From: Anaerolineales bacterium
GTDB taxonomy: Bacteria; Chloroflexota; Anaerolineae; Anaerolineales; UBA11657
NCBI GenBank assembly: GCA_022450585.1
Contig: JAKUPR010000007.1
Span: 1-58,524, forward strand
Direction: 5' to 3'
Length of the DNA stretch: 58,524 bases
A model generated the notes under the pieces. The model was not told the DNA's origin, ran no database searches, and saw nothing but the letters and a program-made list of their open reading frames with translations. Positions within the stretch are counted from its first letter, which is position 1; every line of letters starts with the position of its first letter. This document shows positions 18,421-28,508 of the stretch, piece by piece. A program made the translations under genes and the position numbers.

Positions 18421-19959
18421 TCAGATGATTGCTAAACTACCAGCTTCATTCCCCAGTTTTTCGTTCACTAAAGACTTCTTGGTCTCATCCTGTGTGGGTG
18501 GCAACATTTGGATTCGCAAGATGCGGCGACTATCTTTACGAACACGCGCACGTTGGTCCAGCCTCCATCCTGGTATCCAGAGCACACGCTCTCCGGCGAC
18601 TAGTAGAGGCAGCCGGTTGCGCCAAGCATGCGGTATTCTGGCGTTGCTCATAAAATATGCCAGTGACTGGCTATTACCCTTCATTCCAAGGGGCTGAAAA
18701 CGCTCTCCTTGGCGTCGCGGACGGACTAGTAAGGGGCCAGGCAGCTGATCCGCATCAACATAGGCCGTCCAGCGATTGTGGTTGGTTTGTATACTCTTCA
18801 TTTTGATATCCTTAGAGGCGTCAATACGCATGCTCCATCCGCATTCTCCTAGGTGAGTATATCCAGGGAATACAATTGGTATGTTGTCTGATATGTCTAA
18901 GAAAGGAATACCATTAGGTTTTCGTGTCTCAGTATCTGTCAGAGACACAATGAAGTGTTGGTAGTCTACAGTCAACGTGATTCCCCCGGGGAGTGAGCGC
19001 TGTTGGCCTACCTCTGCTTTTGTGCAGAAATCTGCGGCCTGCGACACGGTCCTAAAACCAAAATCACGTAGATTTGGTCTCAACTCCATAATTGCATGTC
19101 GTATCACACCGTACTTTAGGCCTGGCAGCAGTTTGGCAAATTTGCTGCGGTGAAGCATCATGAGGTTCTCGTCTTGACTTGATACTACGTGTTTCAAGGC
19201 CGTGCGTGTGGCCTGCTCTACTACGCGCGTATCTTCTCCTAGTACTGTCGCCATTCGTCGCAAAGCAACACGTATGTTAGGCTGTACTCTTTCGAGTACT
19301 GGCAAGATTTCGTGACGGAGTTCGTTGCGGAAGAAAACGGTATCAGCGTTACTAACATCATAGCGAGGATGTAGGCCATGCTCTTTGCAATAAGCTTCAA
19401 TTTCAGCGCGCGTCACTGTTAATAGTGGGCGCCCGAGTTGCAGCGTAGTGTTCTTGAGAGTTTTATCAGTAATGTGTATAGCCGTCATGGGTGTAAGAGC
19501 GTGCATCCCTCGTAATCCAGAGAGTCCAGCCCCGCGCAACAAGTGCATCAGTATTGTCTCGACCTGGTCGTCGGCGTTGTGGCCGACCATAATTAATTCT
19601 AAGCTCTCCTTTTGTGCCACTTCTGTCAGGAAATCGTAACGTGTCTGGCGACCGGCCTCTTCCAGTGAGATCTTGTTCGTGGATGCAATCGTTGCGACTT
19701 CCTTACGCTCAACGGAGATTGGAAAACCCCAACTTTTAGAAATGTTACTAACGAATCTCGCATCATCAGAAGAATTTGGTCGTAGACTGTGGTCTAGGTG
19801 AGCCACATGAATACGTGGCGGTCTGTCTACATACTGGCTTAGGAGGTGTAACAGTGCTAAGCTGTCCGGACCTCCAGACACTCCTACTAGTAGACCCCCA
19901 TCCCAAACGGCATCGTCGGTTTTGCGATGAAATTCCATGACATGGTCTAGTAAACCCAT
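18421..19959 (-). CDS. tilS: tRNA(Ile)-lysidine synthase
   Basis: VSGGPDS.AL PP-loop, H.DH..R, H.ADDQ.ET...L.RG.G, RPLL, RN..RH and TilS C-terminal domain. Confidence 0.95.
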   Translation of the reverse strand: MGLLDHVMEFHRKTDDAVWDGGLLVGVSGGPDSLALLHLLSQYVDRPPRIHVAHLDHSLRPNSSDDARFVSNISKSWGFPISVERKEVATIASTNKISLEEAGRQTRYDFLTEVAQKESLELIMVGHNADDQVETILMHLLRGAGLSGLRGMHALTPMTAIHITDKTLKNTTLQLGRPLLTVTRAEIEAYCKEHGLHPRYDVSNADTVFFRNELRHEILPVLERVQPNIRVALRRMATVLGEDTRVVEQATRTALKHVVSSQDENLMMLHRSKFAKLLPGLKYGVIRHAIMELRPNLRDFGFRTVSQAADFCTKAEVGQQRSLPGGITLTVDYQHFIVSLTDTETRKPNGIPFLDISDNIPIVFPGYTHLGECGWSMRIDASKDIKMKSIQTNHNRWTAYVDADQLPGPLLVRPRRQGERFQPLGMKGNSQSLAYFMSNARIPHAWRNRLPLLVAGERVLWIPGWRLDQRARVRKDSRRILRIQMLPPTQDETKKSLVNEKLGNEAGSLAII

Positions 19960-20066
19960 GCCCGAAATTATAGCATGTGGGGATATGCTAACTAATCATC
20001 GGAAGGTATCCCTGCGTGGTATAATCGCCCGTCACATGACATTAGGTCAAAAGAGGAGAGAATCGA

Positions 20067-21134
20067 TTGTCCTTTAGCCCATTGAACTGGCTGTTGGGCC
20101 TGTTCTCACTTGATATTGGCATTGATCTTGGTACTGCCAACACATTAGTCTATGTGCGTGGCAAAGGTATCGTTATCAATGAGCCTTCTTGGGTTGCGGT
20201 CGACAGGAAGACACGCGTGCCTCTTGCAATTGGCGCGGAGGCCAAGGAGCTAGTGGGACGCACACCAACGAATATTCAGGCAGTGCGCCCGCTTCGCGAC
20301 GGTGTTATCTCAGAATTCGAGATTACTGAGGCAATGCTCCGTTATTTCATTGACAAAGCTCACGCGCAAAATTATGTCCCCATACCACGTCCACGGGTGG
20401 TTGTAGGTATCCCTAGTGGGGTGACTGAGGTCGAGAAACGAGCAGTGTACGATGCTACTATCGCGGCTGGTGCTCGTGCTGCCTACTTGATTGAGGAGCC
20501 GATGGCGGCAGCCATCGGGGCAGGGCTGCCGGTTGGAGAGGCACGCGGATCCATGGTGTTGGATATAGGTGGCGGCACTACAGAAATAGCAATCTTCTCC
20601 ATGGGCGGTATCGTTATCAGCCGCTCGCTTCGAGTAGCTGGAGACGAGATGGATGAAGACATCATTGAGTACGCGCGTTCCAAGCATAATTTGGCGATTG
20701 GAGAGCGGATGGCTGAGAGAGTGAAAATATCTGTTGGGTCCGCCTATGCGCTCTCTGAGGAAAAGATGGTGACTTTGCGTGGACGCAACCTTGTGACTGG
20801 TCTACCCGAAGCGGTTGAAGTGTCTTCAATTGAGATCAGAGACTCTCTTGCTGAGTCTACACGCACCCTAATTAATTTGGTGAAAGAAGCGATTGATGAG
20901 ACGCCCCCTGAAATAATCGCTGACTTGATGGAGGTAGGTGTTTGTCTTGCAGGTGGAGTGTCACAATTGCACGGCCTAGCGCAGCGTTTGCAAGATGAGA
21001 TTAAGGTCACCTGCTGGGTTGCAGAAGATCCACTGACGTGCGTAGCGCGCGGCGCTGGGTACATTTTGGACGATCTTGATAATTTGGCGCGTTTCCTCGT
21101 CGGTCTAGAGCGTGGAAGTACGCGGCATCATTAA
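20067..21134 (+). CDS. mreB: Rod shape-determining protein MreB
   Basis: DIGIDLGTANT, RPLRDGVI, IEEPMAAAIGAG, DIGGGTTE. SD AGGAG and a TGgTATAAT promoter at 20017. Confidence 0.96.
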   Translation: MSFSPLNWLLGLFSLDIGIDLGTANTLVYVRGKGIVINEPSWVAVDRKTRVPLAIGAEAKELVGRTPTNIQAVRPLRDGVISEFEITEAMLRYFIDKAHAQNYVPIPRPRVVVGIPSGVTEVEKRAVYDATIAAGARAAYLIEEPMAAAIGAGLPVGEARGSMVLDIGGGTTEIAIFSMGGIVISRSLRVAGDEMDEDIIEYARSKHNLAIGERMAERVKISVGSAYALSEEKMVTLRGRNLVTGLPEAVEVSSIEIRDSLAESTRTLINLVKEAIDETPPEIIADLMEVGVCLAGGVSQLHGLAQRLQDEIKVTCWVAEDPLTCVARGAGYILDDLDNLARFLVGLERGSTRHH

Positions 21135-21136
21135 TC

Positions 21137-22633
21137 GTGCAAATCGCACAGGGTTTCCTTAATTTAAGACCATTAACTGCATATCGTAATTGGCAAGCAT
21201 TTGGCTTGTTGTCCTTAGGTGTAGGATTGTCATTGCTAGTTTCACTGATCCCGCTGCAATGGGGTGTAATGATTTTGCTAGCATGTGTTGTGGTGATTGC
21301 GGCCTTGTACGAGCCGATGTATGCTCTCATATTTGCGCTGATATTGGGTCCGTCCCGTGCTCTACTGTGGTCTGTGTGGCCTGATCTATCCGTGTATCCT
21401 GGACAGATATTTTTCGGATTGTTTGTGCTAGTATGGATACTGCGCGGGCTTTTCCTGCGTGGTGTCCGTCTAGTTTTTCCATCATTTTTGCTCCCATTGT
21501 TGGTTTACGTGGGTATTGGTACAGTATCATTGTGGGGTTCTGTGGACCCATTAAGCGGAGTTCGCGAACTTATCAAATGGTTGCAGTTGTTATTGATAGC
21601 GCTGTTGGTGCTAGACTGCTGTCGGCGTCGTCACGTAGGCTGGTTGCTTGCAGCGGCACTGGTGTCGGGAGTGTTCCAAGCAATGATTGGTTTGTGGGAG
21701 TACGGACTACGTGGAAGTGGCCCCGAAGCTTTTGAGATTGCACCAGGTCTATATCGTGGTTATGGCACTTTCGAGCAGCCTAATCCTTTTGGTGGTTTCA
21801 TGGGAATGGTATGGCCTTTGGCTTTCGGGATTTTCATCGCCTTGCTTTCAGAATCAAGGCGATTTCGAGCGAAAGCGACCATTGGTTTAAGCTTGGTTGT
21901 GCTTGGATTTGTGGCATTGGTTGTAGGAGGCTTGGTAGTATCATATTCGCGTGGGGCTTGGGTTGGTGCACTAGCAGCCGTTGGTGTGATAGGTTTTTTC
22001 GGTCCTCGTCGCCGTGTTATGGGTTTGGCTGTTGTGGCGACCGTCTTTATGGTTTTAATGGGTTTAGCTAGTGCCCGCGCCTTGCCTGTGAATATGTATG
22101 AGCGCATGGTATCGTTTGCGGAATTTGCGAGTCTGCGAGACGTGAGTGGTGTGGCTATTGACCCTGCGAACTTTTCTGTAATTGAACGTTTGGCGCATTG
22201 GCAGGCTGCTACCCGTATGGCGACTGCCAATCCATGGTTGGGGGTGGGTTTGGGAAATTTCCAAGCTGCTTATGACGATTACCGTCTGCTCAACTGGCAT
22301 TATGCTCTCGGTCATGCGCATAGCGTTTATCTGAACGCTGTTGCGGAGACAGGGGTTGTCGGTCTGGGTGCATATTTGTTAGTATGGGCCAGTGTATTTC
22401 TGGTTACGCTGCGAGCTATTAGGGTTAGTGTTGGCTGGCGACGGGGGGTGTCTTTGGGATTGCTAGGTGTGTGGACACATCTGTCAGTGCATAACTTGGT
22501 AGATTACCTCTTTGTGAATAACTTACATTTGTACCTCGGTGCTTTGCTTGGCGTTCTGGCTGTAATCAATAGAGACAGCAGCGTGCATGAGGTTCCGATT
22601 AGCAGTAAGGATCTTGCGGAGGTCGGTGGTTAA
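21137..22633 (+). CDS. O-antigen ligase / Wzy_C family membrane protein
   Basis: RGYGTFEQPNPFGG, SYSRGAW, ER..HW..A......PWLGVG.GNF, HAHS.YL...ETG. About 12 TM segments. Confidence 0.88.
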   Translation: MQIAQGFLNLRPLTAYRNWQAFGLLSLGVGLSLLVSLIPLQWGVMILLACVVVIAALYEPMYALIFALILGPSRALLWSVWPDLSVYPGQIFFGLFVLVWILRGLFLRGVRLVFPSFLLPLLVYVGIGTVSLWGSVDPLSGVRELIKWLQLLLIALLVLDCCRRRHVGWLLAAALVSGVFQAMIGLWEYGLRGSGPEAFEIAPGLYRGYGTFEQPNPFGGFMGMVWPLAFGIFIALLSESRRFRAKATIGLSLVVLGFVALVVGGLVVSYSRGAWVGALAAVGVIGFFGPRRRVMGLAVVATVFMVLMGLASARALPVNMYERMVSFAEFASLRDVSGVAIDPANFSVIERLAHWQAATRMATANPWLGVGLGNFQAAYDDYRLLNWHYALGHAHSVYLNAVAETGVVGLGAYLLVWASVFLVTLRAIRVSVGWRRGVSLGLLGVWTHLSVHNLVDYLFVNNLHLYLGALLGVLAVINRDSSVHEVPISSKDLAEVGG

Positions 22634-22637
22634 CCCA

Positions 22638-23114
22638 GTGCACAATAACTGGAGAATCGGGCGTTTTAATCGGAAAGAGCTGAAACGCTTTTTCAAATTC
22701 AGTCTGGTTGGCGCGATTGGCTTTGTGATAGATACTGGCGCACTAAATATTATGGTCGGTATTCTTGGCATGTCTACTGGTCCCCTTAGGCTTGTGGCTA
22801 AGGCCATTTCATTCATGCTTGCCCTAACTAGTAATTTCATCTGGAATCGTTACTGGATATATCCAGAATCACGTTCAAAGCGAATTTCTATACAGGCCGT
22901 ACAGTTTCTAGTAGTCAACGTAGTTGGATTGGCACTGAATTTGTTCATCTTCGGTGGGGTGAGTTCTTTCTTGATTCCTGGATTGCAGGTGAGGTACGGA
23001 ACTCATCTAGGACTCATGTTAGGCACAAATGCTGGGCAGGTTTGTGCGGTCTCGATAGTGCTCTTCTGGAATTTCTTCGTAAATCGGTACTGGACTTATA
23101 GCGATGTTGATTAG
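22638..23114 (+). CDS. GtrA family protein
   Basis: FFKFSLVG.IG..ID, NF.WNRYW, WNFFVNRYWTY. 4 TM segments; GTG start approximate. Confidence 0.88.
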   Translation: MHNNWRIGRFNRKELKRFFKFSLVGAIGFVIDTGALNIMVGILGMSTGPLRLVAKAISFMLALTSNFIWNRYWIYPESRSKRISIQAVQFLVVNVVGLALNLFIFGGVSSFLIPGLQVRYGTHLGLMLGTNAGQVCAVSIVLFWNFFVNRYWTYSDVD

Positions 23115-23124
23115 AGGTTGATAG

Positions 23125-24261
23125 GTGAGAATCGGACTCGACGTTACCGCCGCGGTATCTCAGGGAGGAGGTATCGGCCGGTATGTCCGAGAGTTGTTGC
23201 GGGCCCTTACAGTGCTTGATACTGAAAACGAATACAGGCTATTCTTTGCCTCCAAAGACATAAGCACTGAAGTTTTGCCGGCTCTTCCGGGAAACTTTCG
23301 TGCTCGTAGAATTCCATTCCATGATATATGGCTGGCGCGGGTGTGGCACCGTCTACGTGCTCCGCTGCCAGTGGAACTAATTACCGGTCAGGTGGATGTT
23401 TATCATTCTCCAGATTTTGCTCTTCCACCAACGTTTAGAAATACTCCCACATTGTTGACTGTTCACGACTTATCATTTCGTCGTCAACCTAGTTCTGCTG
23501 CTCCAGGATTGAGGCATTATCTAGATGGGGTAGTGTCGCGCTCAGTAGGTCGTGCTACACATGTGCTTGCGGACTCGCAATCTACCAAGGATGATCTAAT
23601 GGAGCTATACCTTACTCCGGAGAATAAAATTACAGTATTGTATGCCGGAGTAGGGTCGGATTTCAGCCCTGTGACCGACCAGGACACAATTGCGGAGGTG
23701 CGTTCACGCTATGGACTAGGAGATAGTCCATATATACTGTCTGTGGGCACTTTGCAGCCCAGGAAGAATCATGTTCGATTAATTGCGGCGTTTGATCGTG
23801 CACTTCGCGATTCTCAGTACAATCTAGTTCTTGCAGGTGGTGAAGGCTGGATGTACGAAGATGTTCGTGATCAGGTTGTGAAGCGTGGGTTGAAGCAGCG
23901 GGTCATTTTCCCCGGCTTTGTTGCAGAAGATGACCTGCCGTGTCTTTACTCGGCGGCCTCTATGATGGTTTTTCCTTCGCTATATGAAGGATTTGGATTA
24001 CCCATTGTGGAAGCCATGGCTTGTGGAGTGCCGGTGATTGCGTCTAATGCTTCATGTCTTCCTGAGGTGGCTGGGAATGCGTCTTTGATGGTAGATCCGC
24101 GAGATGTCAGTGCGATGGCAACCGCGATGCAGGAACTAGTAAGCCAGTCATCCCTGAGGGCAGCGCTGCGTGCAAGAGGCTTGGAGCGTGCTGAGCAATT
24201 TAGATGGGAGAACTCTGCAGCGGAATTGTTGCAAATTTATCGTACAATTGGAGAGCATTAG
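23125..24261 (+). CDS. Glycosyltransferase family 4 (GT-B)
   Basis: GGIGRY, TVHDL, VGTLQPRKN, FPSLYEGFGLP.VEAMACG.PVI.S. Confidence 0.92.
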   Translation: MRIGLDVTAAVSQGGGIGRYVRELLRALTVLDTENEYRLFFASKDISTEVLPALPGNFRARRIPFHDIWLARVWHRLRAPLPVELITGQVDVYHSPDFALPPTFRNTPTLLTVHDLSFRRQPSSAAPGLRHYLDGVVSRSVGRATHVLADSQSTKDDLMELYLTPENKITVLYAGVGSDFSPVTDQDTIAEVRSRYGLGDSPYILSVGTLQPRKNHVRLIAAFDRALRDSQYNLVLAGGEGWMYEDVRDQVVKRGLKQRVIFPGFVAEDDLPCLYSAASMMVFPSLYEGFGLPIVEAMACGVPVIASNASCLPEVAGNASLMVDPRDVSAMATAMQELVSQSSLRAALRARGLERAEQFRWENSAAELLQIYRTIGEH

Positions 24262-24308
24262 TTAAATTAGATGGAAAACTAGGTCTATGAATGAAATGTG
24301 GTTAGAGA

Positions 24309-26045
24309 GTGAATATGTCAGTTAAGATGAGTCGTCGGGGTGGGGACGAAATACATAAATTGAAATCTGATTTCGTCCGAGATGCGGTCTCTCAAGATGT
24401 GCGCTCTAACAAATTTGGGGGGCGTGTGCAAACTCGGTTTCCGCCGGAACCTAACGGATATCTTCATATTGGGCATGCGAAATCCATCTGCTTGAATTTC
24501 GGTATTGCCTCTGAACACAATGGGGTGTGCAGTTTGCGCTTCGATGACACGAATCCCTCTAACGAAGAGTCTGAGTTTGTGGAATCCATCATGAAGGATG
24601 TGAGATGGCTTGGCTTTGACTGGGGACCCCATTTACGATATGCATCCGACTATTTTGAGGAACTGTACCAATTCGCGCTGCAGCTAATCCGATCTGAGAA
24701 GGCTTATGTAGACAGTCTTAGTGCTGATGACATCCGTGCGTACCGTGGAACCCTAACTGAGACGGGTAAAAACAGTCCCTATCGCGATCGCACAGTTGTG
24801 GAAAACATCGAATTGTTCAAGGGGATGCGAGCGGGCGAGTTCCCTGAGGGCAGTCACGTGCTTCGCGCTAAAATTGACATGTGTAGCGGAAATATCAATA
24901 TGCGTGATCCCGTGATGTATCGAATCGTGCATGCGCGCCACTATCGCACCGGAGACAAATGGTGCATCTATCCTTTGTATGATTTTGCGCATGGTCAATC
25001 GGATGCTTTGGAGGGTGTTACTCATTCTGTCTGTACGCTGGAGTTTGAAAATAACCGCCCACTTTACGACTGGTTCTTGGATGAACTTAGTGTGGCACAC
25101 CCGCGCCAGATTGAGTTTGCGCGTCTAAACCTGAGTCATACAGTTTTGAGTAAGCGCAAACTTGGAGAGCTTGTCGCGGGTGGCCATGTGAGCGGCTGGG
25201 ACGATCCACGCATGCCTACCCTGTCAGGTATGCGTCGACGTGGATACACGCCAACTTCTTTACGGAATTTTTGCGAAACGATTGGTGTAGCAAAACGGAA
25301 TACAACTGTGGATATGGCTCTTTTGGAGCATATCGTTAGAAAAGATTTGAATAGTTGCGCGCCTCGCGTGATGGGAGTACTACGTCCCCTGCGTGTAGTG
25401 CTGCTGAATTACCCTGAGGAAAAGGTTGAACATGTGGAGGCTATTAACAATCCAGAAGATTCCTCTATGGGAACGAGAAGTGTACCATTCTCACGGGTTC
25501 TTTATCTGGAAAAAGATGATTTCAATGAAGACCCGCCAAAGAAGTTTTACCGGCTTGCTCCTGGGCGTGAGGTACGCCTTCGATATGCATATTTCATCCG
25601 TTGCGAGAATGTCGTTCACAACCCTGAAACTGGGGAAGTGGAGGAATTACATTGTACCTACGACCCGTCTACACTTGGCGGAATGGCCCCAGATGGTCGC
25701 AAGGTGAAAGCCACACTGCATTGGGTATCGGCCGCACACTCGGTTGATGCAGAAATTCGTTTGTATGAACGTCTATTTTCTGTTGAGGAACCCAGTGCCT
25801 TAACAAGTGAGATTCTGGCTTCCAGTTTGAACCCAGAATCACTGCAGGTTTTGCGTGGATGCAAGTTGGAACCCAGCCTTGCTCAGCCTTCTTCCGACAG
25901 CACATATCAGTTTGAGCGTCAGGGTTACTTTTGCGTTGACAGTATAGAGTCTTCTGAGAATAAGCTTGTGTTTAATCGTACCGTGGCGTTGCGTGATACT
26001 TGGGCGAGGATTGAAAGCAAACGCCATGCAAAGAGAAACAACTAA
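24309..26045 (+). CDS. glnS: Glutamine--tRNA ligase
   Basis: [51 protein letters not shown]. Confidence 0.96.
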   Translation: MNMSVKMSRRGGDEIHKLKSDFVRDAVSQDVRSNKFGGRVQTRFPPEPNGYLHIGHAKSICLNFGIASEHNGVCSLRFDDTNPSNEESEFVESIMKDVRWLGFDWGPHLRYASDYFEELYQFALQLIRSEKAYVDSLSADDIRAYRGTLTETGKNSPYRDRTVVENIELFKGMRAGEFPEGSHVLRAKIDMCSGNINMRDPVMYRIVHARHYRTGDKWCIYPLYDFAHGQSDALEGVTHSVCTLEFENNRPLYDWFLDELSVAHPRQIEFARLNLSHTVLSKRKLGELVAGGHVSGWDDPRMPTLSGMRRRGYTPTSLRNFCETIGVAKRNTTVDMALLEHIVRKDLNSCAPRVMGVLRPLRVVLLNYPEEKVEHVEAINNPEDSSMGTRSVPFSRVLYLEKDDFNEDPPKKFYRLAPGREVRLRYAYFIRCENVVHNPETGEVEELHCTYDPSTLGGMAPDGRKVKATLHWVSAAHSVDAEIRLYERLFSVEEPSALTSEILASSLNPESLQVLRGCKLEPSLAQPSSDSTYQFERQGYFCVDSIESSENKLVFNRTVALRDTWARIESKRHAKRNN

Positions 26046-26060
26046 AGAGTGAAAGGAATC

Positions 26061-26107
26061 AAAACGCGGCGACTATTTTAGCAAACTAGGCTAGGCCACC
26101 GCGTTTT
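26061..26107. terminator. Imperfect inverted repeat between convergent glnS and csp, possibly a bidirectional terminator
   Basis: aaaacgcgg ... ccgcgtttt arms with an imperfect inner stem. Confidence 0.5.
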
Positions 26108-26169
26108 AAGATGTGTCTCAATACAGCTCTAGAGTTTTCCGAGGCAGACGACGGTTGTTTCAGGAAAAG

Positions 26170-26379
26170 TTAGATAATCGCAACGTCAATGGCTTTGGGG
26201 CCTCTGTCTGATGGCTCAACAGTGAATTCAACTTGTTGACCTTCATGCAGTGTCCGAAAACCATCCGCATTGATGGCACTATAGTGAACGAAACAATCAT
26301 CGCCTTCTTCACGTGCGATGAAACCAAAACCTTTGGCATCGTTGAACCACTTTACAGTGCCGCTCTCGCGTTCAGTCAT
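26170..26379 (-). CDS. Cold-shock protein (CspA family)
   Basis: [37 protein letters not shown]-17-TATCAT promoter (26525-26497) gives a 5'UTR of about 110 nt. Confidence 0.96.
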   Translation of the reverse strand: MTERESGTVKWFNDAKGFGFIAREEGDDCFVHYSAINADGFRTLHEGQQVEFTVEPSDRGPKAIDVAII

Positions 26380-26561
26380 AAGACTTAATGCTCCTCTTTC
26401 AATTTTACAGTTTGCCTCTAGTGATGGGTACCGCTTGAGGAAACTACAGTTGTCCTACTATCACTTCTGTCGCCTGCATACTCATTTCTACTTTCCATGA
26501 TACCGTGGTGTTTAAGCATTGTCAAGTGCTGGTAAATGATCTAAATCAGTTCGCGTAATGA

Positions 26562-26819
26562 CTAATAGCGGTTACGCATTACGAACATCTCCGCCTCTGC
26601 TACCTTGGACTTGGCTTTTTTCTGAGCCGATTTTGCTTTAGATACACTTTTGCTCAACTGGTCAAGTTTGCTACTAGCTGCCTCAATTTCTTCTGCTGAC
26701 GCTTCTGCTTCTAGATCTTGCTGTGCTTCCTCATGTTGGGCCTGCAGCTCTTCCAGTTTTGCAGTGGCTTTTGCGAAGTCGCGCTCAGCTTTCTTCAACG
26801 CACGTGTGTGTTTCGTCAT
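26562..26819 (-). CDS. Small Lys/Ala/Glu-rich coiled-coil hypothetical protein
   Basis: SD GAGGAG upstream; heptad-like helical composition. Confidence 0.7.
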   Translation of the reverse strand: MTKHTRALKKAERDFAKATAKLEELQAQHEEAQQDLEAEASAEEIEAASSKLDQLSKSVSKAKSAQKKAKSKVAEAEMFVMRNRY

Positions 26820-26931
26820 ATCCGCATACTCCTCATGCCGCTGTACCGTGTGGTTATGCTATAGGTCAACAGACTAATCCTTGATAGCAGTATAACACAC
26901 TGCACGTTTCAGGCTAAACAAGCTTAGCAGG

Positions 26932-27003
26932 CTGGGGGACCAGGATTCGAACCTGGGCTGGCGGAACCAGAATCCGCTGTTCTACCAACTAAACTATCCC
27001 CCA
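26932..27003 (-). tRNA. tRNA-Gln (anticodon CTG); CCA not encoded
   Basis: TGGGGGA/TCCCCCA acceptor stem, GCGGA-TTCTGGT-TCCGC anticodon arm, GTTCGAATC T-loop. Confidence 0.97.
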
Positions 27004-27038
27004 GTGCTGGATGCATTCTACCATAATGCGCTGCATGA

Positions 27039-28508
27039 TTACTGCTCTTTTAGCAGTTTTATGGCGTTCTTGATGCGTTGGAGTGTGACTTGTTTGCCGA
27101 GGATTTCTAATGTATTAAAAAGCGGTGGACTTACTCGCTGTCCGGACACAGCTACTCTTACCGGAGACAGCAACTGACCCAGCTTTATTCCAAGTCTCTC
27201 TGAGAGTGACCGCAACGCTTGTTCAACTGACTCATGTTTTAAAGAGGGTAGCGCAGCAAGAGATCTATATACATGTTGCAGTACATCAAGCGATTCCGAT
27301 TGGTTAAGTTTCTTGGCAATGAGATCTGCGGGATCTGGGGATACATTTGCACTAAAGAAAAAACCGGCCCATTTAGGCGCATCATCGAAAGTTATCAGCC
27401 GTTCTTGGATTAGCGGTACTATTCTGAGTAGTGTTGCATCGTCTGGGTCCAATCCAGTGTGTTGAAGATATGGTTTTATGCCCGCTGCAACTTCTCCGGC
27501 GGGGAGTAGGCGCATGTGCTTACCTTGAAAGTAGTCCAGTTTGCTGAAATCTACAGTTGCCGGCGAGGGATTAAGTTTCTTCAAACTGAACGTTTGTTGG
27601 AGATCCGCAATGGTAAAATCTTCTTGGTGATCATCAAGACTCCAACCCATCAGAGCCATCCAGTTTATTATTGCCTCGGGGAGGTAACCGAACTTTCTGA
27701 GATCGTCAATAAAAATTGAATGACCGGATGTTTTATCTAGTGGCTGCGAATCTCTTTTACTCATTTTACCTTTGCCCCCGGGTTTCTTAAGTACAGAAAG
27801 GTGGCACCAAATCGGCTCTGTCCATCCGAATGCGCGCATTAGCATAGCGTGTTTTGGGAGGCTAGGCAGCCATTCTTCTCCACGAATCACATGTGTAATT
27901 CCCATGGTGTGATCATCTACCATAGCTGCTAGATGGTAGACGGGAAATCCATCTGACTTGAGCAGTATGAAATCCTCAAGCTGCGCGTTTCCGACCGTTA
28001 TCTCGCCGCGGAGAAAATCATGTACAGTGACACTTCCTTGTTTAGGTGTTCGGAACCGGACAACGTGCTGTTCACCGGATTCGGCACGTTTGCGGGCATT
28101 TGAAGGCGCGAGATGACGGCAGTGTCCGTCATATCCCCCATGAGTTGTCTGTTGTGTTTGTAGTTGGTTTGTATCACAAAAACATAGGTATGCATTTTCG
28201 GATTTTACTAGCTCGTACGCATATTCGCGATGCAGGTCAGCGCGTTCCGATTGGATATACGGGTAAAATTCACCGCCCACGTCAGGGCCCTCGTCCCAGC
28301 GAATGCCTAACCAGCGTAGGCTGTCTATCAATTGCTCCTGCGCCGCGCTCTGAAAGCGTTTGCGGTCTGTATCCTCAATGCGAAGTAGCATCTGGCCGCC
28401 GGTTTGGCGAGCAAAGAGAAAGTTATAGAGTGCGGTTCTCGCTCCGCCTAGATGCAGATAACCAGTAGGGGAGGGCGCAAATCGTACGCGGGCTGGGTCA
28501 GAACTCAT
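27039..28508 (-). CDS. gltX: Glutamate--tRNA ligase
   Basis: RVRFAPSPTGYLHLGG, LRIEDTD, ITHVIRGEEW, KMSKR. Start at MSSDP. Confidence 0.96.
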   Translation of the reverse strand: MSSDPARVRFAPSPTGYLHLGGARTALYNFLFARQTGGQMLLRIEDTDRKRFQSAAQEQLIDSLRWLGIRWDEGPDVGGEFYPYIQSERADLHREYAYELVKSENAYLCFCDTNQLQTQQTTHGGYDGHCRHLAPSNARKRAESGEQHVVRFRTPKQGSVTVHDFLRGEITVGNAQLEDFILLKSDGFPVYHLAAMVDDHTMGITHVIRGEEWLPSLPKHAMLMRAFGWTEPIWCHLSVLKKPGGKGKMSKRDSQPLDKTSGHSIFIDDLRKFGYLPEAIINWMALMGWSLDDHQEDFTIADLQQTFSLKKLNPSPATVDFSKLDYFQGKHMRLLPAGEVAAGIKPYLQHTGLDPDDATLLRIVPLIQERLITFDDAPKWAGFFFSANVSPDPADLIAKKLNQSESLDVLQHVYRSLAALPSLKHESVEQALRSLSERLGIKLGQLLSPVRVAVSGQRVSPPLFNTLEILGKQVTLQRIKNAIKLLKEQ

